A stretch of DNA of 64,000 nt from Acidobacteriota bacterium. Lineage in GTDB: Bacteria; Acidobacteriota; Thermoanaerobaculia; Thermoanaerobaculales; Sulfomarinibacteraceae. The notes under the pieces are model-generated. The model did not search any database, was not told the origin of the DNA, and saw only the letters and a program-made list of their open reading frames with translations. This document shows positions 47,979 to 57,144 of this stretch, in pieces. The stretch's first letter is position 1. The number at the start of each line of letters is the position of its first letter. Location: assembly GCA_022340665.1 (NCBI GenBank), contig JAJDNM010000029.1:15627-79626 (forward strand), in the 5' to 3' direction. The translations under genes and the position numbers were made by a program.

Positions 47979-49412
47979 ATGAAATTCGAATGCTCGGTCT
48001 GCGGCTACATCTACGACGAGGAGGTGGAGGGCCTTCCCTTTGATCAACTGCCTGATGACTGGGAATGTCCCGTCTGCAGCGCGGACAAGAGCTGTTTCGA
48101 GGCCCAGGAAGACTCCGCCGCTGATGCTGAAACACAGACCGAGACTCCCGGTGAAGGCGAAGCCGGACTCGAGACCTACCTCGCCGAGTGGAAGCGCTCG
48201 TCAGACGATTTCGAAGCGCAATTCGCAGCGATCCAACACGCGGCGGTGACCGGAAAATCGATCATCGAACCGATGCGCACCCGCAAGCCGGTAGTGTCCT
48301 GGGACGAGATCCTAGTGATGGGAGCCCAACTCGCCTGTTTGCCGCAAAACGATGAGGATCCGGTTTCGACACGCACGGTGATCGGCCCCGAGGCAACGCA
48401 CCCACTCGAGATGTCGATCCCGGTCTTCGTCAGCCACATGTCCTTCGGAGCCCTGTCGAGAGAGGCGAAGATTGCTCTCGCGAAAGGGTCCGCGGCGGCC
48501 GAGACCGCCATGTGTTCCGGTGAGGGCGGCATCGTGCCCGAGTCGCTCGAGGCATCGCACCGTTACATTTTCGAGTACGTTCCCAACCGCTACAGTCTGA
48601 CTGACGAGAACCTGCAGGCGGTGGACGCGATCGAGATCAAGATCGGCCAGTCGGCCAAGCCCGGCATGGGCGGCCACCTGCCGGGCTGCAAGGTGACCGA
48701 AGAGATCGCCGCCGTCCGCGGCTTTCCCGCTGGCGAGGATGTCGTCAGTCCGGCGCATTTCGACGACATCACCAATCCGGATCAGCTCGGCGAGAAGATT
48801 GCCTGGCTGCGAGAAAAATCGAAAGGCAAGCCGATCGGCATCAAGCTCGCCGCAGGTCACATCGAGGCTGATCTCGAAATCGCTCTGCGCGCACACCCGG
48901 ATTTCGTGACCATCGACGGGCGGCCGGGGGCCACCGGCGCCGCATCCAAGGCCGTCAAGGACGCAGCCGCAGTTCCGACCATCTACGCGCTGGCCCGCGC
49001 TCGCCGATACCTGGATTCGATGATGGCCGAAGGCATATCGCTGGTGGCAACCGGCGGATTCCGGTCATCTTCGGACATCGTCAAGGCACTCGCCATGGGG
49101 GCGGACGCCGTCGCCATCGCGTCGGCGGCGATGATCGCCATCGGCTGCCAGCAATATCGAGTTTGCGACACCGGCCGCTGCCCGGTCGGTGTCGCCACAC
49201 AAGATCCCGAGCTTCGATCACGCTTCGATATCGACAGATCGGCCGAAAGGCTCGCCAATTTCTTCCGCGTCGTGAGGAGTGAGCTCGAGGACTTCACCAG
49301 GCTCACCGGTCACGAAGATGTTCACGACCTCAGCGTCGCCGATCTCCGCACCACCAGCTCGGAAATTTCGAAACATTCCAACATCGCCCACGTGGGCGAA
49401 TCGACCGATTGA
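47979..49412 (+). CDS. rubredoxin-domain fused to glutamate-synthase FMN-binding (GltS_FMN) domain protein
   Basis: N-terminus [15 protein letters not shown]...[12 protein letters not shown] (rubredoxin CxxC x2). The remainder matches the GltB central FMN/Fe-S domain ([34 protein letters not shown]). Confidence 0.8.
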   Translation: MKFECSVCGYIYDEEVEGLPFDQLPDDWECPVCSADKSCFEAQEDSAADAETQTETPGEGEAGLETYLAEWKRSSDDFEAQFAAIQHAAVTGKSIIEPMRTRKPVVSWDEILVMGAQLACLPQNDEDPVSTRTVIGPEATHPLEMSIPVFVSHMSFGALSREAKIALAKGSAAAETAMCSGEGGIVPESLEASHRYIFEYVPNRYSLTDENLQAVDAIEIKIGQSAKPGMGGHLPGCKVTEEIAAVRGFPAGEDVVSPAHFDDITNPDQLGEKIAWLREKSKGKPIGIKLAAGHIEADLEIALRAHPDFVTIDGRPGATGAASKAVKDAAAVPTIYALARARRYLDSMMAEGISLVATGGFRSSSDIVKALAMGADAVAIASAAMIAIGCQQYRVCDTGRCPVGVATQDPELRSRFDIDRSAERLANFFRVVRSELEDFTRLTGHEDVHDLSVADLRTTSSEISKHSNIAHVGESTD

Positions 49413-49423
49413 AGGAGGATCCA

Positions 49424-49945
49424 ATGTCCAAGACCCAAGAAAACCTGATGGCCGCATTTGCCGGGGAAAGCCAGGCCCGCAACATGTACACCTACTTCGC
49501 CAAGGTGGCGCGCAAAGAGGGCTACCATTACATCGCGAAGATCTTCGAGGAAACCGCTATCAACGAGATGCGGCACGCCAAGGACGAGTTCGTGCTCGCC
49601 GGCGGCCTGGGCGATACGGTCGCCAACCTCAAGAAAGCCGTCGAGGGAGAGGACTACGAGACCACAACGATGTACCAGGATTTTGCAGCCACTGCCGAGG
49701 AGGAAGGCAACAAACAGGCGGCGATTCTCTTCAGGATGATCGCCCGAGTCGAGGCCGAACACCGCGACCGATACAAGAAGATCCTCGAGATGGTCGAGAA
49801 CGGCACCGTCTACAAGCGGGACGAACCCATCCGCTGGAAGTGCGCGGTCTGCGGCTACATTCACGAGGGCACCGAGCCGCCCGCAAAATGCCCGTGCTGC
49901 CAACACCCGCGCGAGTACTTCGAGCCGGAGAACATGGAGTTCTGA
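49424..49945 (+). CDS. rubrerythrin (diiron ferritin-like domain + C-terminal rubredoxin-like CxxC-x12-CxxC)
   Basis: MSKTQENLMAAFAGESQARNMYTYFA...EMRHA...EAEH and C-terminal KCAVCGYIHEG...KCPCCQHP. Confidence 0.9.
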   Translation: MSKTQENLMAAFAGESQARNMYTYFAKVARKEGYHYIAKIFEETAINEMRHAKDEFVLAGGLGDTVANLKKAVEGEDYETTTMYQDFAATAEEEGNKQAAILFRMIARVEAEHRDRYKKILEMVENGTVYKRDEPIRWKCAVCGYIHEGTEPPAKCPCCQHPREYFEPENMEF

Positions 49946-50020
49946 ATTTTAAATTCTCAATGTTGAATTTTGAATGACGAGGTGACCCCTTTGCAGCTGT
50001 TGAGTCCGTGGGGGTGGATG

Positions 50021-50056
50021 GCAATTCGAAATTCGAAATTCGAAATGCGCGAAATC
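50021..50056. repeat. GAAATTC heptamer tandem element (AATTCGAAATTCGAAATTCGAAATGCGCGAAATC)
   Basis: Near-identical copy at 63515-63549. Related runs at 28338-28363, 28411-28437, 38362-38388, 47810-47848, 53200-53226, 53261-53280, 57088-57144 and 59769-59811. Confidence 0.9.
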
Positions 50057-50078
50057 CAGTGTTAGCATCCCGTCTCCC

Positions 50079-51656
50079 GTGATGAATCGGAGGGCAACCG
50101 CGCTTCGAGTCGTTCTCGCCGCTGCCTTGGCCGCGCCATGGGTGGCGTGCCGGGCAACGAATGAGACACCTCCTAACCGGCCGTTCATCCTCTTCGGGGT
50201 CGACGGCGCGGACTGGCAGGTCATTGAGTGGATGTGGGAACAGGACCGTCTCCCCCACCTTCAGCAGCTGGCCGATCGTGGCGTCGCCGCGCCTCTCGAG
50301 ACCTTTCACCACGCCTCGCCGGTGATATGGACGACGGTCGCCACAGGGAGGATGCCGAAGGTGCACGGCATCACCGAGTTCGTAGTACCGACAGGCAAGG
50401 GCGATCAGCCGGTCGCCTCGACCCTGCGCCGGGTTCCAGCACTCTGGAACATGCTGACCGCGAGCAGTAGGAGGGCCGCGGTGGTCGGATGGTGGGCTTC
50501 GTGGCCGGTCGAGGAGATCAACGGCGTCATCATCTCTGACCGGGCGGTGCATGAACTCCCGGATCGGGTATGGCCGCCGGAACATCTCGCGGCCTTCGAC
50601 GCTGAGCTCGTTCGCCTCCGCTCGAAGGAGCGGGGTACGAGGAAAACATCCATGCTCGAAGCGGATCGGGTCTTCTCCCGTGCTGCAATCGATCTCGCAC
50701 GCGATCGCTACGATCTGCTCATGCTCTACCTGCGCGGTGTCGATATCTCCTGCCACTTTCACTGGCGGGCATTCGAGCCGCAGGCTTTCCCCGACGCCGA
50801 CCCGATGGACCTCGAGGCCGAGCGTGAGCTCGTCGCCCGAGAGTACGAGCTGGTCGATCGAACTCTCGGCGAACTGATGACAGTGACCGACACCCAGGCG
50901 AACATCATCGTGATGTCCGACCACGGCTTCGATGCAACTGATGGCGAAACGACCCACATACGACTCGATTTCGACGCGGTTCTCGAGCATCTCGGGTTTC
51001 TGACCTCGGTCGACGGAGGGGTCGATCTCAGCCGCACCGAGCTCTACAGCTACGACTCCCCACAGCGGTCGCTAGCCAAAAAGATTCGCTTCGCGCTCGC
51101 CGGGAGGGAGATTGACGGGCGCGTCCAACCCGCCCAACGAGCGGCCATCCGCGGGCGGCTTGAAGCGGCTCTCGAAACCGCCACCTACAACGGTGGCGCA
51201 CCCGTGTTTCGGGTGCGTGACGCAACCCGCAAAGAAAAGAAACGCGGGGCTGATCTCACCGTCGAGGTGCTGACCGAAGGTGCGCGGGAGCCGTTGCGGA
51301 TTGACGGCGTTCCTTTGCAAAGGGCTATTCGATCGATCAACCGGCTCTCCGGCACGCACGGACGCAAGACACCCGGCATCATCGTTGCCGCAGGTCCCGA
51401 CATCGTTCACCAGGCCGAAACCGAGGATCTTCGGGTGATCGACGTCCCGCCGACCGTGCTCTACGCCATCGGCCTGCCGGTCGCCGAAGATTTTGCTGGC
51501 CGGGTGCGAACCGAGATCTTCACCGATGCCTTCCGCCGCGCCCATCCTGTACAAAAGATCCCGACCTGGGGAGAGCCGGTCGAAGGTGACAACCGGGCTT
51601 CCGACGTCGACGAGGAACTGCTCGAGCAGCTGAGGGCGCTGGGGTATATCGAGTAA
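50079..51656 (+). CDS. alkaline-phosphatase-superfamily type I phosphodiesterase/nucleotide pyrophosphatase family protein, secreted
   Basis: Signal peptide. ILFGVDGADWQVIEWMWEQDRLPHLQQLADRGV and SPVIWTTVATGRMPKVHGIT metal-site motifs. C-terminal LEQLRALGYIE tail. Confidence 0.75.
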   Translation: MMNRRATALRVVLAAALAAPWVACRATNETPPNRPFILFGVDGADWQVIEWMWEQDRLPHLQQLADRGVAAPLETFHHASPVIWTTVATGRMPKVHGITEFVVPTGKGDQPVASTLRRVPALWNMLTASSRRAAVVGWWASWPVEEINGVIISDRAVHELPDRVWPPEHLAAFDAELVRLRSKERGTRKTSMLEADRVFSRAAIDLARDRYDLLMLYLRGVDISCHFHWRAFEPQAFPDADPMDLEAERELVAREYELVDRTLGELMTVTDTQANIIVMSDHGFDATDGETTHIRLDFDAVLEHLGFLTSVDGGVDLSRTELYSYDSPQRSLAKKIRFALAGREIDGRVQPAQRAAIRGRLEAALETATYNGGAPVFRVRDATRKEKKRGADLTVEVLTEGAREPLRIDGVPLQRAIRSINRLSGTHGRKTPGIIVAAGPDIVHQAETEDLRVIDVPPTVLYAIGLPVAEDFAGRVRTEIFTDAFRRAHPVQKIPTWGEPVEGDNRASDVDEELLEQLRALGYIE

Positions 51657-51663
51657 AGGGTTG

Positions 51664-51850
51664 CCGATTCGCGATGCTCGATGCTCGAAACTGGATGCTG
51701 GTTCCTGGATGCTGGATGCTGGATGCTGGATGCTGGATGCTGGATGCTGGATGCTGGATGCACCGAGCGCATAAGCCATCTCGCTGAATTGTCAAGTGGT
51801 GGGAGGGTGGATCGAGTATCCAGCATCTAGTATCGAGCATCTGGACGGGT
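51664..51850. repeat. long imperfect palindrome built from CTGGATG heptamers (8+ tandem GCTGGAT copies at 51690-51754; inverted copies at 51806-51836)
   Basis: Directly read. Occupies the whole gap between the convergent phosphodiesterase and REC-LpxC genes. Confidence 0.92.
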
Positions 51851-51858
51851 GGTTGGGC

Positions 51859-53154
51859 TCAGCTGTTGGCGGCAAGAATCTGGCGCTGGATCTCGATGTT
51901 GTCGCGGTGGCCGGTGAGGTGGGCGGTCACCTTGCCGCGCACCGGGTAGCCGAGCATATAGAGATCGCCGACGATGTCGAGGATCTTGTGGCGCACGAAC
52001 TCGTCGGAGAAACGGAGCTCAGTATTGATGACGTTGTCCTCACCGACGAGGATAAAGTTGTCGAGCCGGCCGCCGGTGCCGAGGCCGAGCTCGTTGATCA
52101 TCTTGAGGTCGCGCATGAATCCGAACGTCCGGGCCGGGGCGATCTCCTCACGAAACGCTTCACATTCGGTCATCTCGAAGTCGTAGAACTGGTCGCCCAC
52201 CGGCGGCGGGTAGGCGAGTTGGTAGGAAACCGAGAAGCCGTCCGATGGCTCGATCACCAGCGATTTCTCACCCTCACCTACCTCGTACCGGCGATCGATG
52301 ACGAGTTCCTTGACCGGCGCATCCTGTTCGACGATCCCAACCGCCTCGAGCCTTTCGAGGAAGCTGAGAGCCGAGCCGTCAAGCACCGGGATCTCTCCGT
52401 GAACCTTGACCAGCATGTTGGTGATACCGCAGGCGTGCAGGGCTGACAGCAGGTGTTCGACGGTGCGGATGCTCTCGCCTTTGGCCGTCAGGGTCGTCGC
52501 ATAATCGGTTTCGGCAACCGAGTTCACATGAGCGGGCATGGTGACGCCGCTCGGCAACGTGATGAAGTGGATGCCGGTGTCGGGAGGAAGGGGCTGGATC
52601 ACCATGCCGGTTCGGCCGCCGGAGTGGAGGCCGAGGCCGTATATCACGCTGGCATCACGAATCGTTTTCTGGCGGCGGTCGGTGGTCTCGAGAATCGGCA
52701 GCTCCGGAGGCGGCTCGAACTTCATGATCGGTTCGATGCGTGCCCGGCTCTCCTCGAGAACCCCGGCACCGGCATCCTCGTCCTTCGCACGCTTCGCTTC
52801 GAGCGCATCCTTGACGGCTCTGAGCGTCCGGTCGTACGAGAGGGGCTTCTCGAGGTAGTCGTGGGCACCCATCTTGATCGCCTTGACCGCGGTCTCCGAC
52901 GTCCCGTGGCCGGACATCATGACGACCATCGCGTTCGGGTCGACATCGCGCAGCGCCTGGAGGGTCTCGAGGCCATCCCAGTCGGGTAGCCAAATGTCGA
53001 GGAATACAACCTCCGGACGCTGTTCGCGAAATAGATGGAGGGCCTCCTCGCCGCTGGTCGTCGTGATCGTGCGGTAGCCCTCGTCGCCGAGAATCTGCGA
53101 CAGGGTCGTCAGAATCCCGGTTTCGTCGTCAACGATCAGAATGAGTTCGTTCAT
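51859..53154 (-). CDS. lpxC: response-regulator receiver domain fused to UDP-3-O-acyl-N-acetylglucosamine deacetylase (LpxC)
   Basis: N-terminal REC (ILIVDDE...VVFLDIWLPDWDG...MMSGHG...YLEKP) followed by a full LpxC (GLGLHSGGRT, TVEHLLSALHACGI, FVRHKILDIVGDLYMLG, HLTGHRDN). Confidence 0.88.
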   Translation of the reverse strand: MNELILIVDDETGILTTLSQILGDEGYRTITTTSGEEALHLFREQRPEVVFLDIWLPDWDGLETLQALRDVDPNAMVVMMSGHGTSETAVKAIKMGAHDYLEKPLSYDRTLRAVKDALEAKRAKDEDAGAGVLEESRARIEPIMKFEPPPELPILETTDRRQKTIRDASVIYGLGLHSGGRTGMVIQPLPPDTGIHFITLPSGVTMPAHVNSVAETDYATTLTAKGESIRTVEHLLSALHACGITNMLVKVHGEIPVLDGSALSFLERLEAVGIVEQDAPVKELVIDRRYEVGEGEKSLVIEPSDGFSVSYQLAYPPPVGDQFYDFEMTECEAFREEIAPARTFGFMRDLKMINELGLGTGGRLDNFILVGEDNVINTELRFSDEFVRHKILDIVGDLYMLGYPVRGKVTAHLTGHRDNIEIQRQILAANS

Positions 53155-53307
53155 GGCGGTTCAAGTGTGATGGTTCGAAGTTTCAGGGTCAACCCAGCGC
53201 AATTGAACTTCGGATTTCGGATTTCCCGCCCCACCCCCCGGGAATTTGGGGTCAGCAAGGACAAAATTCGAAATGCGAGGGTCGCCGACATCCCCAGTTC
53301 CTCATTT

Positions 53308-56300
53308 TCAACGAGTGCCCGAAACCGAAAAGTAACGCGCATCTGGGTGATGAAATACCATCGCCGAGACGCTGGCTTCCGGTTCCATCATCATTCCATC
53401 GGTAAGACTGACTCCGATTTCCTCCGGTTTGAGCAATTGCCACAGGGCGGCCTGGTCGTCGAGATCGGGGCAGGCCGGGTAGCCGAAGCTGAAACGCTTT
53501 CCCCGGTAACGTGCCTGAAAACGATCCTTCATGGTCGTCTCCGGCGGATCGGGGAAACCCCACGCTGCGCGCAGTCTGGCGTGGAGCCACTCGGCAGCCG
53601 CCTCGGCGGTCTCGATCGCGAGCGCCTGGATGGCGTGGCTCTCGAGATACTCCCCCGCCTCCTTTGCCGCCGCCGACCGTTGGCGGACCTCGTCACCGGC
53701 GCCAACCACGAAGAGGGCAACCGAGTCACGGAACCGGCCCGACGGTGGCATGACGAAGTCGGCCAGGCTCAGCCCACCCGGCCTGCCCTGCCTTCCGAAT
53801 TCGAAGTGATGCGCAAACTCTTTTGTATCCGGATAGAAGAGAGTAACACCGTTGCCACCGGGCTCGGCCTGGAAAAACCGCCATACGGCCCGAACCCGCA
53901 TCCATGCCTCGACCTCACTCTTGAGCGACTCGATCACACCCTGCAGTTTCTCCGCCTTGACATCGCCCTCGTCGAGCAGCCGCTGAAAACTGCCACGGAG
54001 GCCGAGGTGCTTGCCGTAGAGCATCTGCGGGTTGATGTAGGACCAGACCTCTTTAAGATCCTCCACCGGCGACCACACGACCCGGTCCGGCCGTGGTGGC
54101 GGCAGGGGTTCGACATCGGCGCGGATCACTGGTCCGGCGGGCGCGACTGCGCGCCGCGGCGCCTTGCGATCGACCGGTGTTCCCGGGGTTGGAGCGACCT
54201 TCGGAGCATCCTCCTTCTCGTCCAATCTCCACCCGTCGTCGGCGAGGCGCAGAAGCGCATCCAGCCCGGCCATGGCGTCCGCACAGTAGATGACCCGGCC
54301 ACCGTAGGCCGGATCGATACGCTCCTCCGTGAAGCGTTTCGAGAGGGCCGCACCACCAACCAGAATCGGCAGTCCGATCCCGGCGGCGGCCAGGTCCTCT
54401 GCCGTCACGACCATCTGCTGCGCCGATTTGACCAACAGGCCCGACAATCCGATCGCATGCGGGCGGTGTTCGGCGACGGCCTGGACCAGGGTTTCCGGCA
54501 CCACCTTGATGCCCAGGTCGACAACCTCGAAACCGTTGTTCGAGAGGATGATCTCGACCAGGTTCTTGCCGATGTCGTGCACGTCTCCCTTGACGGTCGC
54601 GAGAACCACCCGGCCCCGGGCGGTAGACGTATCGGCATCCATGAACTGTTCGAGATGGGAGACCGCCGCCTTCATCGCCTCGGCACTCTGCAACACCTCT
54701 GCCACGATCAACTCGTTGGCGTTGAAAAGCCGTCCGACCTCCGCCATACCGTCCATCAACGGGCCGTTGATGATGTCGAGAGGCGCCACGCCTTCAGCGC
54801 GCTTGAGGTCGAGATCCTCGAGCAGGCCGGAGCGGCTCCCGTCAACGATGTAGCCGGAGAGTCGCTGATCTAGCGGTTGCTCCGGCCGCACGACCGCCTG
54901 ACGCTTGACGCCGCGATAGAAATCCCCGAGTCGGGACACTTGGAACTGGTGGATCGCTGCGCGTTGCTCCGACGTCTGTTTCCGCCAATCATCCGGTGCC
55001 CCCACCAACGCGAGATCATCAGTCTCACCCTCCAGGGGCGGACGGTTGAAAAGCAGTGCCTCGGCCATCCGCCGCTCCTCCTCGGGAATGGCGGCGTACC
55101 GCTCCAACCTTTCGGTGTTGACGATGGCCAGGTCGAGACCTGCCTTCGTGCAGAGATAGAGAAAGACCGAGTTGACGATCTCCCGCGCACGGATCGGCAG
55201 CCCGAACGAGACATTCGAGATGCCGAGCACCGTCGGGCAGTTCGGGAGGGCCTCCTTGATCAGCCGCAGGCCCTCGATCGTCTCGACCGCACCTCCGATA
55301 TAGCTCTCGTCCCCGCTCGCGGCCGGAAAGACGAGCGGGTCGAAAATGATGTCGGTTTCGGGAATGCCAAACTCCGTGGTCAGAAGCTCGTGGCCCCGGC
55401 TCGCTATCTGGAGTTTCCGCTCGCGGGTGAACGCCTGTGCCTGCTCCGGGTCCTCGTCGATCGCGCCGAAGATCACCGCTGCGCCATACCGACGCATCAA
55501 TGGCACGACGGCCGCTATCCGCCCTTCTCCGTCCTCGAGATTGACCGAGTTGATGATTGACTTGCCCTGGCAGTAGGTCAGCCCGACCTCGATCGCCTCG
55601 GGATCCGTCGAGTCAATCATGATCGGCACTTTGACCGCACGGCCCAACCGGTCGTAAAGCTCGCTGATCGCAGCCTTCTCGTCGCCTTCGGTCGACTGCA
55701 GACAAACGTCGATGATCTGCGCACCGTTCTTGACCTGACGGCGGGCGATCTCCGTCGCCTCCTCCCACTCGCCCGCCGATACCATCTCGCGAAAAGCCTT
55801 CGAGCCGATGACGTTCGTGCGCTCGCCCACCAGGAGCGGTCGGTTGTCCTCGTCGGGTTCGACCAGATCGATCCCGGTGTAGACGGCGTGCCGCTTTCGG
55901 TCCACGTTCGACACTCGAGGACGGTAACCATCCACCATCCGAGCCATCGTCGCCGTGTGCTCGGCCGTCGTACCGCAGCATCCTCCGACGATGTTCAACC
56001 AACCGGCATCGGCGAATCGCTCCAGCGCAGCTACCAGGCTTTCGGGCGTCTCCGGGTAGATCCCATCCTGGTCCGGCAGGCCAGCGTTGGGAAAGCACGA
56101 CACCGCGAAGCGCGCCCGTTCGTGAATGGTACGCAGGTGGTCGGTCATGAGGTCGGGACCGGTCGCGCAGTTGAGGCCGACCGCCAGAAGCTCCGCATGC
56201 TCGATCGAAGCCAGAAAAGCGTCAGCCGCCTGACCGCCGAGCATCGTGCCGGACGTCTCGATTGTCCCCGAAACCGCGATCGGGCGACGCACTCCCGCCT

Positions 56301-56895
56301 CGGCGAAAACTGCCTCCACGGCGATCAACGCCGCCTTGGTGTTGCGGGTGTCCTGGCAGGTCTCGATAAGGAGGATGTCGGCCCCTCCTTCGACGAGCCC
56401 GCGCGCCTGCTCATAAAAGGTCCGGACGAGCTCCGCGAAGGTGACGCCGCCGGTTACTGAAATCGCCTTGGTGGTCGGGCCCATCGAGCCGGCGACGAAA
56501 CGCGGCCTGTCCGGAGTCGAGGCTTCCTGCGCAGCCTGCACCGCGAGCTCGGCGGCGAGCCTGTTGAGTGCCCGCGCCTCCGCCTCCAGCCCGTACTCGG
56601 CGAGGACCAGCGGGGTGCCGCCGAAGGTGTCGGTCTCGATAATGTCGGCGCCTGCGCCGAGGTACGCGCGGTGAACATCGAGGATGACGTCCGGCCGCGT
56701 GCGAACGAGGATCTCGTTGCAGCCCTCGAGCTCCACTCCTCCGAAGTCCTCGGGCCCGAGCTCCTTCGATTGCAGCATCGTGCCGGTGGCCCCGTCGAGC
56801 ACCAGGATGCGCTCGGCCATGAGAGCACGCAGCTCCTCGGTCCGCTCCGTCCCGGCCGCCATCAGCCGTCGGTGTTTTGGCGCGGTTTTTGTCAT
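53308..56895 (-). CDS. metH: cobalamin-dependent methionine synthase MetH (full length: Hcy-, pterin-, B12- and AdoMet-binding domains)
   Basis: 1195 aa with the B12 motif GDVHDIGKNLV and a C-terminal reactivation domain. Confidence 0.97.
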   Translation of the reverse strand: MTKTAPKHRRLMAAGTERTEELRALMAERILVLDGATGTMLQSKELGPEDFGGVELEGCNEILVRTRPDVILDVHRAYLGAGADIIETDTFGGTPLVLAEYGLEAEARALNRLAAELAVQAAQEASTPDRPRFVAGSMGPTTKAISVTGGVTFAELVRTFYEQARGLVEGGADILLIETCQDTRNTKAALIAVEAVFAEAGVRRPIAVSGTIETSGTMLGGQAADAFLASIEHAELLAVGLNCATGPDLMTDHLRTIHERARFAVSCFPNAGLPDQDGIYPETPESLVAALERFADAGWLNIVGGCCGTTAEHTATMARMVDGYRPRVSNVDRKRHAVYTGIDLVEPDEDNRPLLVGERTNVIGSKAFREMVSAGEWEEATEIARRQVKNGAQIIDVCLQSTEGDEKAAISELYDRLGRAVKVPIMIDSTDPEAIEVGLTYCQGKSIINSVNLEDGEGRIAAVVPLMRRYGAAVIFGAIDEDPEQAQAFTRERKLQIASRGHELLTTEFGIPETDIIFDPLVFPAASGDESYIGGAVETIEGLRLIKEALPNCPTVLGISNVSFGLPIRAREIVNSVFLYLCTKAGLDLAIVNTERLERYAAIPEEERRMAEALLFNRPPLEGETDDLALVGAPDDWRKQTSEQRAAIHQFQVSRLGDFYRGVKRQAVVRPEQPLDQRLSGYIVDGSRSGLLEDLDLKRAEGVAPLDIINGPLMDGMAEVGRLFNANELIVAEVLQSAEAMKAAVSHLEQFMDADTSTARGRVVLATVKGDVHDIGKNLVEIILSNNGFEVVDLGIKVVPETLVQAVAEHRPHAIGLSGLLVKSAQQMVVTAEDLAAAGIGLPILVGGAALSKRFTEERIDPAYGGRVIYCADAMAGLDALLRLADDGWRLDEKEDAPKVAPTPGTPVDRKAPRRAVAPAGPVIRADVEPLPPPRPDRVVWSPVEDLKEVWSYINPQMLYGKHLGLRGSFQRLLDEGDVKAEKLQGVIESLKSEVEAWMRVRAVWRFFQAEPGGNGVTLFYPDTKEFAHHFEFGRQGRPGGLSLADFVMPPSGRFRDSVALFVVGAGDEVRQRSAAAKEAGEYLESHAIQALAIETAEAAAEWLHARLRAAWGFPDPPETTMKDRFQARYRGKRFSFGYPACPDLDDQAALWQLLKPEEIGVSLTDGMMMEPEASVSAMVFHHPDARYFSVSGTR

Positions 56896-56984
56896 CGTCG
56901 TGATCTTCGAAACATCAGGTTACAGGATGGAGATGAAAAATCGCCACTGATCAATGCCTCGGATACCTGGAAACGAACAAGAAG

Positions 56985-57144
56985 AAATGCAAAGACGCAA
57001 AAAGGCAAATACTCAAAATATTGTCTTTCTTTGCGCCTTAGCGCCTTTGCGACTTTGCGTTGTTTTCCTGGCTGGGTGGGCGGCATTCTTAATTCCTAAT
57101 TCCTAATTCCTAATTCCTAATTTCTAATTCCGAATTCCGAATTC
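56985..57144. repeat. mosaic intergenic element: CAAAGACG hairpin, GGGTGGGCGG motif, then (TAATTCC)x6-(GAATTCC)x2 tandem heptamers
   Basis: gcaaagacgcaaaaaggcaaa...tttgcgccttagcgcctttgcgactttgcg inverted arms, followed by ctgggtgggcgg and the heptamer array. Abuts the stop of the YitJ-like gene. Confidence 0.9.

Noticed and set aside
53035-54873. 612-aa plus-strand ORF
   Set aside because: Antisense to metH, whose 1195-aa product matches cobalamin-dependent methionine synthase throughout.
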